NCBI GenBank assembly: GCA_039799905.1
Contig: JBDLRP010000036.1
Coordinates: 32,001-96,000 of the forward strand
DNA from: Pseudomonadota bacterium
Lineage (GTDB): Bacteria > Bdellovibrionota_B > Oligoflexia > Silvanigrellales > Silvanigrellaceae
Direction of reading: 5' to 3'
DNA length: 64,000 bases
This document shows positions 51,471 to 61,082 of this stretch, one piece after another. Every line of letters begins with the position of its first letter. The stretch's first letter is position 1. The notes under the pieces were generated by a model. It saw only the letters and a program-made list of their open reading frames with translations, was not told the origin of the DNA and did not search any database. A program made the translations under genes and the position numbers.

Positions 51471-51949
51471 GGTGCACTTGCTCCGACGCCAAGATAATCA
51501 GCCAAAACGCGTCCATCGACTGGGTCAATATTGACCGTCTGAACGGTAATCATGAAGCGGTTGGGGCGCTTGCCGACATCCTCGCAGGTCACAACACGGC
51601 AGAGCATCTGAAAATGCGACGGCGCGTCCGTGTGACGATAATCAACGTGACGTGCTTTGCGCGCCCAAAAATCGGGAAGCTCGATATAGAGCCGCATGAG
51701 GCAGCCGGTTTCGTACGATAAAGACGAATAAAACATCGCTCCATCAGGAGCTACGCTGATTGTCTCGCCTTGAAGCATCTTGTTGTAAGTGTTGGTGATG
51801 TTGAATTTGCAATAGCGTAGCGGGATTTTCTTAGAGACAAGTCTGAGTCGCAGGGAGGAAAGCAACTCGAGGGTCGAGACCTTCTGCCCGGAGGAAGTTT
51901 CGTCCGTATCACCATGGAGCTCTTCAAAGGTCGTGAGCGTGTCGGCCAT
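51467..51949 (-). CDS. PilZ-like domain protein (non-canonical)
   Basis: GET.SV..DGAMF.S...Y..G..M.L.I.LP....CRVV.C pattern typical of PilZ barrels; canonical RxxxR and DxSxxG not intact. Confidence 0.5.
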   Translation of the reverse strand: MADTLTTFEELHGDTDETSSGQKVSTLELLSSLRLRLVSKKIPLRYCKFNITNTYNKMLQGETISVAPDGAMFYSSLSYETGCLMRLYIELPDFWARKARHVDYRHTDAPSHFQMLCRVVTCEDVGKRPNRFMITVQTVNIDPVDGRVLADYLGVGASAP

Positions 51950-51952
51950 AAA

Positions 51953-52348
51953 TCACCTCCGGTTTGCAAAGATTTTTTCAATTTTCTCTTTGAGAGTGGC
52001 CGCATTGAAGGGCTTGACGATGTAGCTGCTGACTCCCGACTTAACGGCTTCCACAATGTTTTCCTTGTCGGCCTCAGCTGTGACCATCAGAAACGGAAGT
52101 CCCTTGAGGTTGGGGTCGGCGCGCACTGACTTGAGCAGCTCGATGCCTGTGACGTTGGGCATGTTCCAGTCGGAGATGACAAATTGGATATCAGGCTTTT
52201 GCCTCAGAATTTTCAGCGCAGACTCGCCGTCTTCAGCTTCCTGCACGTCATTATAGCCAAGCTGGCGTAAAACCTGACGCACGATTTTACGCATCGTCGG
52301 GAAGTCGTCGACAACAAGGATTTTAAGATCGGTTGGTGGCATCGGCAT
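51953..52348 (-). CDS. cheY: Chemotaxis response regulator CheY
   Basis: [44 protein letters not shown]. Confidence 0.95.
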   Translation of the reverse strand: MPMPPTDLKILVVDDFPTMRKIVRQVLRQLGYNDVQEAEDGESALKILRQKPDIQFVISDWNMPNVTGIELLKSVRADPNLKGLPFLMVTAEADKENIVEAVKSGVSSYIVKPFNAATLKEKIEKIFANRR

Positions 52349-52360
52349 GTGTCTTCTCCG

Positions 52361-53254
52361 TCATTCCTGCAAAAGATTTTTAAGTTTAAGTCTCATTTTT
52401 TGAACGGCCTGCGTGTGCAGCTGAGAGACACGCGACTCCGTAACGTCGAGAATGCGGCCGATTTCCTTGAGATTAAGATCTTCGTAGTAGTAGAGGCTGA
52501 GAACAAGTTTTTGTTTCTCCGGAAGCTCTTCGACAGTCTTGAGAATGATGTCGCGGACTCCCTTTGCCTTCAGCATGGTGAAAGGGTTTTTTGAGTTTGG
52601 GTTTTCAAGGCATTCAAGCAGCGATTTCTTATCGCCGGAGTGAACGCCGCCGAGTTCCTCCAAGGAAAGCATGGAGACGCGGGTTCTCCCTGACTTTTCA
52701 TGGAATTCTTCGAGAGAGATTTCCAGGTGCTCCGCTGTTTCCTTGTCTGTCGGAGGCCGTCCCAGCTTTTGCTCGAGCTCGTATCGTGCCCGTTCCTCGC
52801 GCTTGTTGGTCTCACGCACGGAGCGTGGCACCCAGTCCTGATTGCGGAGTTCGTCGAGAATTGCACCGCGGATACGGAATTCAGCGTATGTTTTGAATTT
52901 GTTGTCGCGGCTTGGATCGTATTTGTCGATGGCGTCCATCAGACCAATGACGCCAGCCGAAAACAGGTCGTCGAGGTCGATATTCGAAGGCAGACGTGCA
53001 GCAATCTTTTGCGCGATATATTTGATGAGGGGAGCATAGTCCATGATCACCTGATTGCGCATCGGATCGTTGGCCGCAGCCTGCGCTCGCGCCTGAGATG
53101 AGGATTGCTTCTTCGCAGCGGCTTTCCTTGCTGCTCGCTCGCCGCTCTCGCTGTCATAGATAGACGTTTTGGTTGCAGTCTGACCTTTGTCAGCGGCTTT
53201 CTCGCCGGCTTTTTCCTGAAGAGGCTGCTTTTTAGCTGCGGTGCCCGTGCTCAT
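52361..53254 (-). CDS. fliA: Flagellar sigma factor sigma28 with N-terminal extension
   Basis: RLPSNIDLDDL, GLMDAI.KYD, FKTYAEFRIRGAILDELR..DWVPRSVR, LNLKEIG.IL.VTESRVSQLH. Confidence 0.95.
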   Translation of the reverse strand: MSTGTAAKKQPLQEKAGEKAADKGQTATKTSIYDSESGERAARKAAAKKQSSSQARAQAAANDPMRNQVIMDYAPLIKYIAQKIAARLPSNIDLDDLFSAGVIGLMDAIDKYDPSRDNKFKTYAEFRIRGAILDELRNQDWVPRSVRETNKREERARYELEQKLGRPPTDKETAEHLEISLEEFHEKSGRTRVSMLSLEELGGVHSGDKKSLLECLENPNSKNPFTMLKAKGVRDIILKTVEELPEKQKLVLSLYYYEDLNLKEIGRILDVTESRVSQLHTQAVQKMRLKLKNLLQE

Positions 53255-53275
53255 AACTTCCCCCAACAGGATTCT

Positions 53276-54217
53276 TTAGCTCAAAGTTTCTGTCGTTTGC
53301 CCTGCGACAAGCCGCTTCCAGAAGAACTGCATTGTTCCCTTTGGCTGCGGTGTGTCGCTGTTGAACAGGATCTCGCGCGCCACTGTGCGCAGTCCTCTGG
53401 ATGCTGGCGAAAATGGATAGCGCTGTACGTAGGGCGCTCGTTCACGCACCGAACTCCGCACGGATTCACAGAAAGGCACGGCGCCTGCGTAATCGACTTT
53501 GACCTGAAGGTATTCGGCCGCGACGGAGCTGAGTCGCTCGTAGACCCGCAGAGCTTCTTCGTCGCTCTTTGCCATGTTGACGACGAGTTTGAAGCAGGAC
53601 TCGTTATTCGTCTGTGCGAGAACTTTCATGGTTGCGTAGGCGTCCGCAAGGCTCGTCGGCTCGGGAGTCGCAACCAGCAGGACTTCGGAAGCGCTTGCCG
53701 CCCAATGCTGGACGTTTTTCGACACACCAGCAGGCGTGTCGATCAGGACGACATCGAAGTCGTCTTGGATACTTTCAATTTGGTCGAGAAGAACCAGTTT
53801 CTGCATTTTTCCCAACTCATTCACCCGTGACATGCCGCTGGAAGCCGGAATCAGGCGTAATCCTTCCGGTCCAGTGATGATGACATCACGCAGCTCCCGC
53901 TCTCCCATCAGGACGTCGTCCAAAGTGGACTCCGCTCTTAAATTGAGAATCACATCGAGATTTGCGAGACCAAGGTCACCATCTATCAGCAATGTTCGCA
54001 TCCCCTCGCGGACGAAACACAGCCCAAGGTTTGCAGTGGTCAAAGTTTTGCCGACCCCTCCCTTGCCTCCGGTGACAGTAAATACCCGCGGTGCCTTGCT
54101 GATGGCCGACGAATTGCTTCCGCTCTTTCTCATGCCAGTGTTGACTGTTGTACCGCCCGGAACATGGACACGGGCTTCTTCCATCAGGCGGCGCAGAGTT
54201 GTTGCTTGATCAAACAC
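53276..54217 (-). CDS. flhG: Flagellar number regulator FlhG (MinD-like ATPase)
   Basis: N-terminal DQAxxLR activator helix, GGKGGVGKT, DGDLGLANLD, TPEPTS.ADAYA. Confidence 0.93.
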   Translation of the reverse strand: MFDQATTLRRLMEEARVHVPGGTTVNTGMRKSGSNSSAISKAPRVFTVTGGKGGVGKTLTTANLGLCFVREGMRTLLIDGDLGLANLDVILNLRAESTLDDVLMGERELRDVIITGPEGLRLIPASSGMSRVNELGKMQKLVLLDQIESIQDDFDVVLIDTPAGVSKNVQHWAASASEVLLVATPEPTSLADAYATMKVLAQTNNESCFKLVVNMAKSDEEALRVYERLSSVAAEYLQVKVDYAGAVPFCESVRSSVRERAPYVQRYPFSPASRGLRTVAREILFNSDTPQPKGTMQFFWKRLVAGQTTETLS

Positions 54218-54244
54218 GCTGACAGTCTCCCTTTTCTCAGTTCA

Positions 54245-55750
54245 TCAAAGTTTGAAAATCCGTTCCACGACCCGCTCCTTGGTGGCGGGTTCCAAATCTT
54301 CGGGCACTTTTTGCCCAGTGGTAAAAAAAGACACGGGAATCTTGCTGGTGATGTTGGTGTTGAGAATTTCTCCGAAGCTCCACGACTCGTCGAGCTTCGT
54401 AAAAATCAGACTCTGGGGACTGACCGTCCTGAATGCCTTCAGAGTTTCATCCAGATCGCGTTGTTTCATGCTCGCAGAAAGAACCATGTGATAATGAACC
54501 GGAAATGGCATCGTGCTCAGCTGGCGCAGCTGCTCCATTTGCAGAACATGCTTGCTGCTTCGTCCTGCAGTATCGATGAAGATGGCATCGTAGTCGTAAT
54601 ATTTTGTCACGAAATCCGAGAGGTCTTGAAGATCGCTGACCTCAGAGAACGGACAATCGAGAATTTTTGAATATGCCCGCAATTGATCGGCAGCCGCGAT
54701 CCGGAACGAATCCATACTGACGAGCGCAACCCGCTTTTTGTCGTGAAGCTGAAGTCTGGCCGCAAGTTTTGCGATAGTTGTGGTTTTACCCACGCCTGTC
54801 GAGCCGACTAAAGCAATCACCTTCTGATTTGCAAAGCTTGTTGACGGCGTGACGCTCATCTGTCGAAACAAAAAACGTATCGACTGATTGAGATAATGCT
54901 CTCTGAGCTTTTCTCCCGTCAGCAGCTGACCGTCCGAGTGGCTCGGCTTTGGCCCGGACGTGACGACGTGAGCCAATTCCGAAATAATCGCTTCAATGAC
55001 TCCAGCAGCACGCAGTCTGATGCAAATGTCGTTGAGGCATTCGTCCTTAATGACCGCGGTGTCGCCGTCGGACTGATACCTTTGCCTCATGAGATCATGC
55101 AGCAAAACGCGGATTTCCTGCATCTGTTCCGAAACATTGATATGCGGAATCTGTTCGATTTCGCGCCTGACGCGTCCCAATTCATCGCGCAGAACTTTAA
55201 CTTCTTCGGTTGAGCTCTCGTCGAATTTTCTTGTCACTCCAGTCAGGTGTGAAAGGTTTGAATCAGAAGAACGCAGCTGTTGCTGGTTGTTCTGACTGGC
55301 TCCGAGAAGCTCGCCGGATGTCAGATGACTCGTGCGTTTCTGGACCGCGGTTGAGGAGCTCTGCTGGGTTCCCTCCAATGCGCTGGCAAGAGTCTTTGCG
55401 AGTGAGCGGGTGGCTGTGTTGAGTTGTGGCAGCGTGTTGTTTGTCTTGATGACGCTCACATCGGATTTTTGATCCGCCTTCGGGAAATTGACCCGCTGCG
55501 CACGTGCGGCCTCTTCCGGAGAAAGCACCGTACTGCGCGGGCGAAGTGCTGATTGCCTGACCTGTGCATGATTGGTGGCGGCAGGTGCTGCAGTGACCTC
55601 AATGACGCGCAAGGGGCGTCCTGTGTCGTCGGACACAGTCGTCTTTTCGCGGGTCGAGAGGATGACCGCGTCGCGGCCGAGCTCTTTCTTTACCAGCTTT
55701 ATTGCATCCTGCATGTTGAAGGCTTCGAACTTATGGACATCCATTGTCAC
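54245..55750 (-). CDS. flhF: Flagellar SRP-family GTPase FlhF
   Basis: A...VKKELG.DAVILSTR, GSTGVGKTTTIAKLAA, DTAGRS, TKLDE, TTGQ.VPEDL. Confidence 0.95.
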   Translation of the reverse strand: MTMDVHKFEAFNMQDAIKLVKKELGRDAVILSTREKTTVSDDTGRPLRVIEVTAAPAATNHAQVRQSALRPRSTVLSPEEAARAQRVNFPKADQKSDVSVIKTNNTLPQLNTATRSLAKTLASALEGTQQSSSTAVQKRTSHLTSGELLGASQNNQQQLRSSDSNLSHLTGVTRKFDESSTEEVKVLRDELGRVRREIEQIPHINVSEQMQEIRVLLHDLMRQRYQSDGDTAVIKDECLNDICIRLRAAGVIEAIISELAHVVTSGPKPSHSDGQLLTGEKLREHYLNQSIRFLFRQMSVTPSTSFANQKVIALVGSTGVGKTTTIAKLAARLQLHDKKRVALVSMDSFRIAAADQLRAYSKILDCPFSEVSDLQDLSDFVTKYYDYDAIFIDTAGRSSKHVLQMEQLRQLSTMPFPVHYHMVLSASMKQRDLDETLKAFRTVSPQSLIFTKLDESWSFGEILNTNITSKIPVSFFTTGQKVPEDLEPATKERVVERIFKL

Positions 55751-55783
55751 ACCTCTGGCTGCGAGGAATTACCCGTTTAATCC

Positions 55784-57910
55784 TCAGGAAATCATCTGAA
55801 CATTTCTAATTTTCACAGCGCCCGCCACTTCGTCGTAGGAAAGAACGGCGACCTGCGGTAAATATCGGACCATGAGTCGTTGGAAGGCCTGCCGCAATCG
55901 TGCAGAAATCAACAGCACAGGTTGCGTCCCTTCGGAATCGAAGGCGCTGATGCCCTGCATCAACTTCTGGAGGATCTCCTGAGCCTGACGTGCATCAAGA
56001 TTGAGGTACGAACTGCCGTTGTCTGTCGTCACAAGGCCGCCGCCCAGTATGTCTTCGATCATACGGTCAAAGGTCACCACGACGAGTTCATCCTTTTCGT
56101 TCAGATACTTCTGCGTGATTCCGCGTCCGAGTGCTTTTCTGCACTGTTCAGCCAGAACATCAGGGTTCTTTACAATCTTACAGTGGTCAGCAAGGCACTC
56201 GAAGAGTGAAAGAATGTCCCGCACCGACACGTCTTCGCGCAGCAGATTTTGCATCACTTTGACGACGTCGCCGATCGAAAGACGCTCGGAATGAATGACT
56301 TCCTCAACGACCTTCGGATTCGTCTCCTTGAGTTTGTCGACGAGGTACTGAACATCTTGCCGAGTCAACAGCTCCGCTGCATGTTCACGCAACGCTTTGG
56401 TCAAATGTGTTGCGATGACCGTGGCACAGTTGACAACAGTGTATCCTCGGAAGGCAGCCTCATCTTTCTCGCGCTTGTGCACCCAGATCGCGGGCAGACC
56501 ATAGGCGGGATCAACGGTCGGTTCGCCATTGATTGGCATTTCCACATTGCCCGGGTCCATCGCAAGGAAGTAGTCGACCATCAGTTGCCCGGTGGCGATT
56601 TTGCTGCCCTTGAGTGAAATTGTGTACTGGCCTGGAGCGTTGTTCAGCAGGTTGTCGCGCAGCTGTATCTGCGGAACAACGATTCCCAAATCCTGGGCAA
56701 ATTGCTTGCGGATGCTTTGGATTCTGTCGACAACTTCGCCGTCCTGCTGCGGATCGATTAGGTGAACAAGGGCGTGACCGACTTCGATCGTCAGGACATC
56801 GAGTTTCATGAGTGAATCGATGCTTTCGGAGTCTTTTTTCTCCTTGGCGGCTGTGTCGGTCTCTTTGCCTTCCTGTTCTTTTGCGAGGTCCTCCCTGATT
56901 CTTCTGTCAGCGATGCGGCCGAGCAGAATCAAGATTCCTCCAAGTGAGAGGAACGCTATTTTTGGAAATCCAGGTATCGCAGCAAGTAAAAATAAAATTC
57001 CCGCTGCAACATAAAGCGCTTTCGGATGCACTCTGAATTGTTTTGCAACCTGTCCGCCGAGGTCACCTTCCGATGTCGAACGGGTTACGATAAGACCGGC
57101 AGCAGTCGAAATCATCAGCGAAGGAATTGCTGCGATAAGTCCGTCACCCACGGCAAGCAGTGTGAACGTCTTTGCGGCATCGCCTGCGCTCATGTTGAAT
57201 TGGATGATTCCAATCACCAAACCGACAATCATGTTGACAAGTGTAATAATGATGCCGGCAATGGCATCGCCGCGTACGAATTTTGAAGCACCGTCCATGG
57301 CACCGTAGAAGTCGGCTTCTTTTTCTACCGCGGTTCTTCTGCGGCGAGCCTCTTCAGCATTGATGTGGCCTGCGTTCAATTCGGCATCGATTGCCATCTG
57401 TTTTCCGGGCATAGCGTCGAGAGTAAAGCGAGCGGCGACTTCTGCGATACGACCCGAACCCTTGGTGATGACCACAAAGTTGATGACGGTGAGGATGATG
57501 AAGATGACGAGACCGACGCCGATGTTGTCGGCAATCACGATGTTGCCGAATGCCTTGATGAGTCCGCTCATCTTGCCGGTTGTATCGCCGCCGTGGGTGA
57601 GAATCTGGCGTGTGGTCGATACGTTGAGTGCAAGGCGAAAAAGCGTAGAAACCAGCAGGATCGTCGGAAACACTCCGAAGTCGAGTGGTTTTCGGATGTA
57701 GATTGCGACAAGCATGATAACAAGTGACGTGGATAGAGAAATCGCGAGAAGAAAATCCAGAAGTAAAGCTGGCACGGGGAAGATCATCATCGGCAGAATG
57801 CCGACGACCGCGACGGCCATCAGAATATCCGGACTGCGCATCCAGCTGAGCGCCGACGCTCCGCCCTTACCTTCTGCAACTGTGCCGGTTAATGCGTTTG
57901 CTGTTGCCAT
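55784..57910 (-). CDS. flhA: Flagellar export gate protein FlhA
   Basis: RIAEVAARFTLDAMPGKQMAIDAELNAG, ADFYGAMDGASKFVRGDAIAG, LLREDVSVRD. Confidence 0.98.
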   Translation of the reverse strand: MATANALTGTVAEGKGGASALSWMRSPDILMAVAVVGILPMMIFPVPALLLDFLLAISLSTSLVIMLVAIYIRKPLDFGVFPTILLVSTLFRLALNVSTTRQILTHGGDTTGKMSGLIKAFGNIVIADNIGVGLVIFIILTVINFVVITKGSGRIAEVAARFTLDAMPGKQMAIDAELNAGHINAEEARRRRTAVEKEADFYGAMDGASKFVRGDAIAGIIITLVNMIVGLVIGIIQFNMSAGDAAKTFTLLAVGDGLIAAIPSLMISTAAGLIVTRSTSEGDLGGQVAKQFRVHPKALYVAAGILFLLAAIPGFPKIAFLSLGGILILLGRIADRRIREDLAKEQEGKETDTAAKEKKDSESIDSLMKLDVLTIEVGHALVHLIDPQQDGEVVDRIQSIRKQFAQDLGIVVPQIQLRDNLLNNAPGQYTISLKGSKIATGQLMVDYFLAMDPGNVEMPINGEPTVDPAYGLPAIWVHKREKDEAAFRGYTVVNCATVIATHLTKALREHAAELLTRQDVQYLVDKLKETNPKVVEEVIHSERLSIGDVVKVMQNLLREDVSVRDILSLFECLADHCKIVKNPDVLAEQCRKALGRGITQKYLNEKDELVVVTFDRMIEDILGGGLVTTDNGSSYLNLDARQAQEILQKLMQGISAFDSEGTQPVLLISARLRQAFQRLMVRYLPQVAVLSYDEVAGAVKIRNVQMIS

Positions 57911-57947
57911 TGCCTGCCTCTCTGATGCGGATGGAGCCGGTTAAATT

Positions 57948-59051
57948 TCAACCGACTGCACTCTGCAGGTTGAATCGTTCAAAATAATCGCGACCACGTG
58001 CCTGATAGATCACCTTCATGACTTCGATGACCGAAGCGTAGAGACTGGGCGGAACTTCCTGTCCGACTTTGACTGTCTTATAAAGAGTTCTTGCAAGCGC
58101 CTTGTTCTCGACAAGCATGATGTCGTTCTTTTTTGCGATTTCACGGATTTTCAATGCAAGAAAATCCTGCCCTTTTGCTACGACAATCGGTGCCTGCATT
58201 CCGCGGACATACCTGATGGCCACTGAAAAGTGAGTCGGGTTGGTGATGACAAATGTTGCTGTCGGCACCGCGGCGACGTTTTTTCGCATGATGAGTTCGC
58301 GTGCCATTCTGCGGCGCTGGCTTTTGACGAGCGGGTCACCTTCCTGAGATTTGTTTTCATCCTTGATTTCCTGCTTGCTCATCATCATTTGCTTTTCGAG
58401 CCTGAATAGGCTGTAGCCGTAGTCGGCAGCAGCAAGAACACCGACCGTGATAGTGGTCCAGACGAGCAGTTTGATGACCGAGGACCAAAGTGTGTTGGCG
58501 TATGCCCCTGTGTTTTGAAAATATGCCAAAGCGCTGTATTCGAGTTCGTTCTTCAAAAAGACGTAAAGTACCGTGCACAAGGTTATACCCTTGACGAGTA
58601 CTTTGCCGAGTTCCTCTAGTCCTCCGGCCGATAGCATTCTCTTGAATCCGGAAATGAAATTTAGCTTATCAAAACTCGGGGTGATCTTTTTCCACGACCA
58701 GTTGAACTGGGTGATCGCCAAACCAACGACCGACGGAGTGACCGATAACAGTACAACTGTTCCAGCAAGCACTGGCAAAACCGGAGCAACAATTTGATTT
58801 ACTACATCGATTGGTGAGATCGTGCCGGTACCCTGTTCGCCGATAATTGCAAAGGTGCGATGAAACGCGCTCTTTAGGGAATTCGAAATATCTTGTCCGA
58901 GCATCGACAAGCCAATTGTGACGAGAATCAGAGTGATGGCTGCGAGAATTTCACGAGGGTTCGCGATCTGACCGTCCTCACGGTACTGTTTTCGCCGCTC
59001 TTCGGTGGCTTCTTCGGTTTTGTCTTGCTGACTTTCATCGCGTTCTTCCAT
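57948..59051 (-). CDS. flhB: Flagellar export switch protein FlhB
   Basis: KTEEAT, MSKQEIKDE.K..EGDP, NPTH autocleavage site, VVAKGQD.LALKIREIA. Confidence 0.97.
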   Translation of the reverse strand: MEERDESQQDKTEEATEERRKQYREDGQIANPREILAAITLILVTIGLSMLGQDISNSLKSAFHRTFAIIGEQGTGTISPIDVVNQIVAPVLPVLAGTVVLLSVTPSVVGLAITQFNWSWKKITPSFDKLNFISGFKRMLSAGGLEELGKVLVKGITLCTVLYVFLKNELEYSALAYFQNTGAYANTLWSSVIKLLVWTTITVGVLAAADYGYSLFRLEKQMMMSKQEIKDENKSQEGDPLVKSQRRRMARELIMRKNVAAVPTATFVITNPTHFSVAIRYVRGMQAPIVVAKGQDFLALKIREIAKKNDIMLVENKALARTLYKTVKVGQEVPPSLYASVIEVMKVIYQARGRDYFERFNLQSAVG

Positions 59052-59059
59052 TGCTCACC

Positions 59060-59872
59060 TCAATGCTTCGGATCGAATGCTTTTTGAACGCGGGAGAATG
59101 CAGAAATTTCCTGAATTCCTGCATGTTCACCCATCAAGCGCACAAAAGCAGATGCTGAAAAGAAGAGAACAATCATGCTGAGCAGAAAGCTGACCGGAAA
59201 ACTGATGACGAATGCGTTGAGCTGTGGAAGCGCGCGGTTTAGCAAACCGAGTGCAATCGTTGAGACCATCTGAATCAGAAGGAGCGGTCCTGCAATTCTA
59301 ATTCCTATGTCGAAACTCACGGTGACGGTTTGCATGACGACCGACAGGAGTGCTTTGGAATCCGCTTCGGGAGCAAAGGGAATTGTCACGAATGAAGTTA
59401 CGATGCCCTGAATGAAAACGTGATGAATATTGAAAACCAGAAGAAGAATTGTGATCATCCACACCTTAAGTGATGCGAATGCCGATTCTTGAATACCAAT
59501 CTGCGGAGAGAAAAGGGTTGCGGTTTGAAAGCCCATGTTGACACCGACGATGTTTGCTCCGATTGAAGCGGCAAAGGTCAGGAGCTTTGCCGCGAATCCA
59601 ATAGCAAAGCCAAAAAACACCTCCCTCAGAGTCGCAAGGCCTAGCGTCAGCGGGCTCCATTGGATGAAGCCTGCCGATGAGTGAAGGTGTTTTTCTACAG
59701 TAGGCCATATGCAGAGGCTGAGCATCAGGGCAAAGAGGACACGAATTCTTGAGGGAATCGTGGCATCTCCAAAGATGGGAAGAAAAAACAAAACACTCAC
59801 GATCCGCAGGAAGACCATCACTGCGAGCGGCCAGACTTTTGGATCAAGCTGGAAGAGTGTTTCGTAATTCAT
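59060..59872 (-). CDS. fliR: Flagellar export protein FliR
   Basis: Hydrophobic; LPIFG...IP.RIR, MGF, LGLLNRALPQLN.F.ISFP. Confidence 0.93.
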   Translation of the reverse strand: MNYETLFQLDPKVWPLAVMVFLRIVSVLFFLPIFGDATIPSRIRVLFALMLSLCIWPTVEKHLHSSAGFIQWSPLTLGLATLREVFFGFAIGFAAKLLTFAASIGANIVGVNMGFQTATLFSPQIGIQESAFASLKVWMITILLLVFNIHHVFIQGIVTSFVTIPFAPEADSKALLSVVMQTVTVSFDIGIRIAGPLLLIQMVSTIALGLLNRALPQLNAFVISFPVSFLLSMIVLFFSASAFVRLMGEHAGIQEISAFSRVQKAFDPKH

Positions 59873-60144
59873 TTTTGTCTCATGATCTCTGGAATCTTTT
59901 TAAAGATGTCTTGAGTGTAATTTGTCATACGCCGGACCATCCATGGGCTCATCACTGCGAAGACCGCAATCATTGCGGCAATTTTCGGGAGAAATGAGAG
60001 AGTCGCCTCGTTGATCTGTGTCGCCGCCTGAAAAATGCTGATGAGCAAACCGACCACCAGGGCAGTGACGAGCAGAGGGAGGCTGAGTTCTGCGGTGGCG
60101 TAGATGAGCCCCATGAATATGTCGATGACCTGTTGACTGTTCAT
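59869..60144 (-). CDS. fliQ: Flagellar export protein FliQ
   Basis: VGLLISIFQAATQINEATLSFLPKI; ATG 60144 overlaps the fliP stop. Confidence 0.96.
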   Translation of the reverse strand: MNSQQVIDIFMGLIYATAELSLPLLVTALVVGLLISIFQAATQINEATLSFLPKIAAMIAVFAVMSPWMVRRMTNYTQDIFKKIPEIMRQK

Positions 60145-61031
60145 ACGAAGCTCCTGATCAGTGAACTGGCAAGTAGATTCCAACCGTCCACAACGACGAA
60201 AAGGATAATTTTCAGCGGAAGGCTGACGATGGTCGGCGGTAGCATCATCATACCCATTGCCATCAGCACGCTGCTAACAATCATGTCGATAACGATGAAT
60301 GGCAGATAAACCAGAAATCCGATCTGAAATGCACTTTTGAGTTCACTGATGATGAACGAGGGAATCAACACCCGCATCGAGATGTCCTCAGGCTTTTGCG
60401 GCTGCGGTTCCTGAGAAAGACTTAAAAAGAGTTTAATGTCATCCTTGCGGACTTGGTTCATCATAAAGTCACGCAGTGGTCCTTGGGCTTTGTTGAAAGC
60501 CTCTTCGGCGCTCATCGTCTTTGCCATGTATGGTGCCAGCGCGGTGTCATATATCTTCGTTGTTGTGGGCCCCATGACGAAATATGTGAGAAAGAGCGAG
60601 AGACCAATCAAAACCTGGTTTGGAGGCATAGTCGGCGAGCCAAGTGCCTGCCTGACGAAGCTCAGCACGATCAGAATTCTTGTGAATGCGCTCATCAGAA
60701 GAAGAATTGCGGGTGCGAGTGTCAGAATCGTGAGAATTCCGACCACACGCAGCGCCGGCACCAAATCATCCGGATTTTCAGAGTCGCCGATACTCAACGA
60801 GAACAATGGTATTGAACCGTTTTTTAGACTCGTTTTCGATGGTGTTAGCCCTGGAGCAGTGACAGGAGCGATCTGCGGGATGTTGTTGATTCCCTGTTGT
60901 GACTGCTGCGACTGAGCATGGGCGGCTGACGGCGAAAAGACCAACGGAGCAAGATTTACTGCAGCAAGAAGGCAAGTGACGATGGTCAGGAAATATTTAA
61001 TTTTGTGAACCAGTCCCATTGTCATTTGCAT
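60141..61031 (-). CDS. fliP: Flagellar export protein FliP
   Basis: FTRILIVLSFVRQALG...PPNQVLIGLSLFLT, PSF.ISELK.AFQIGF, MGMMMLPP.IVSLP.K, DGW; start uncertain (61031/61025/61019). Confidence 0.95.
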   Translation of the reverse strand: MQMTMGLVHKIKYFLTIVTCLLAAVNLAPLVFSPSAAHAQSQQSQQGINNIPQIAPVTAPGLTPSKTSLKNGSIPLFSLSIGDSENPDDLVPALRVVGILTILTLAPAILLLMSAFTRILIVLSFVRQALGSPTMPPNQVLIGLSLFLTYFVMGPTTTKIYDTALAPYMAKTMSAEEAFNKAQGPLRDFMMNQVRKDDIKLFLSLSQEPQPQKPEDISMRVLIPSFIISELKSAFQIGFLVYLPFIVIDMIVSSVLMAMGMMMLPPTIVSLPLKIILFVVVDGWNLLASSLIRSFV

Positions 61032-61082
61032 TTTAATCCGCCTGTGAGCGTGAAAGTGTTGACGCCGTCGCGCTGGATACAT

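Noticed and set aside
53105..53830. 241-aa plus-strand ORF
   Set aside because: Antisense to fliA and flhG, both well supported; no recognisable motif
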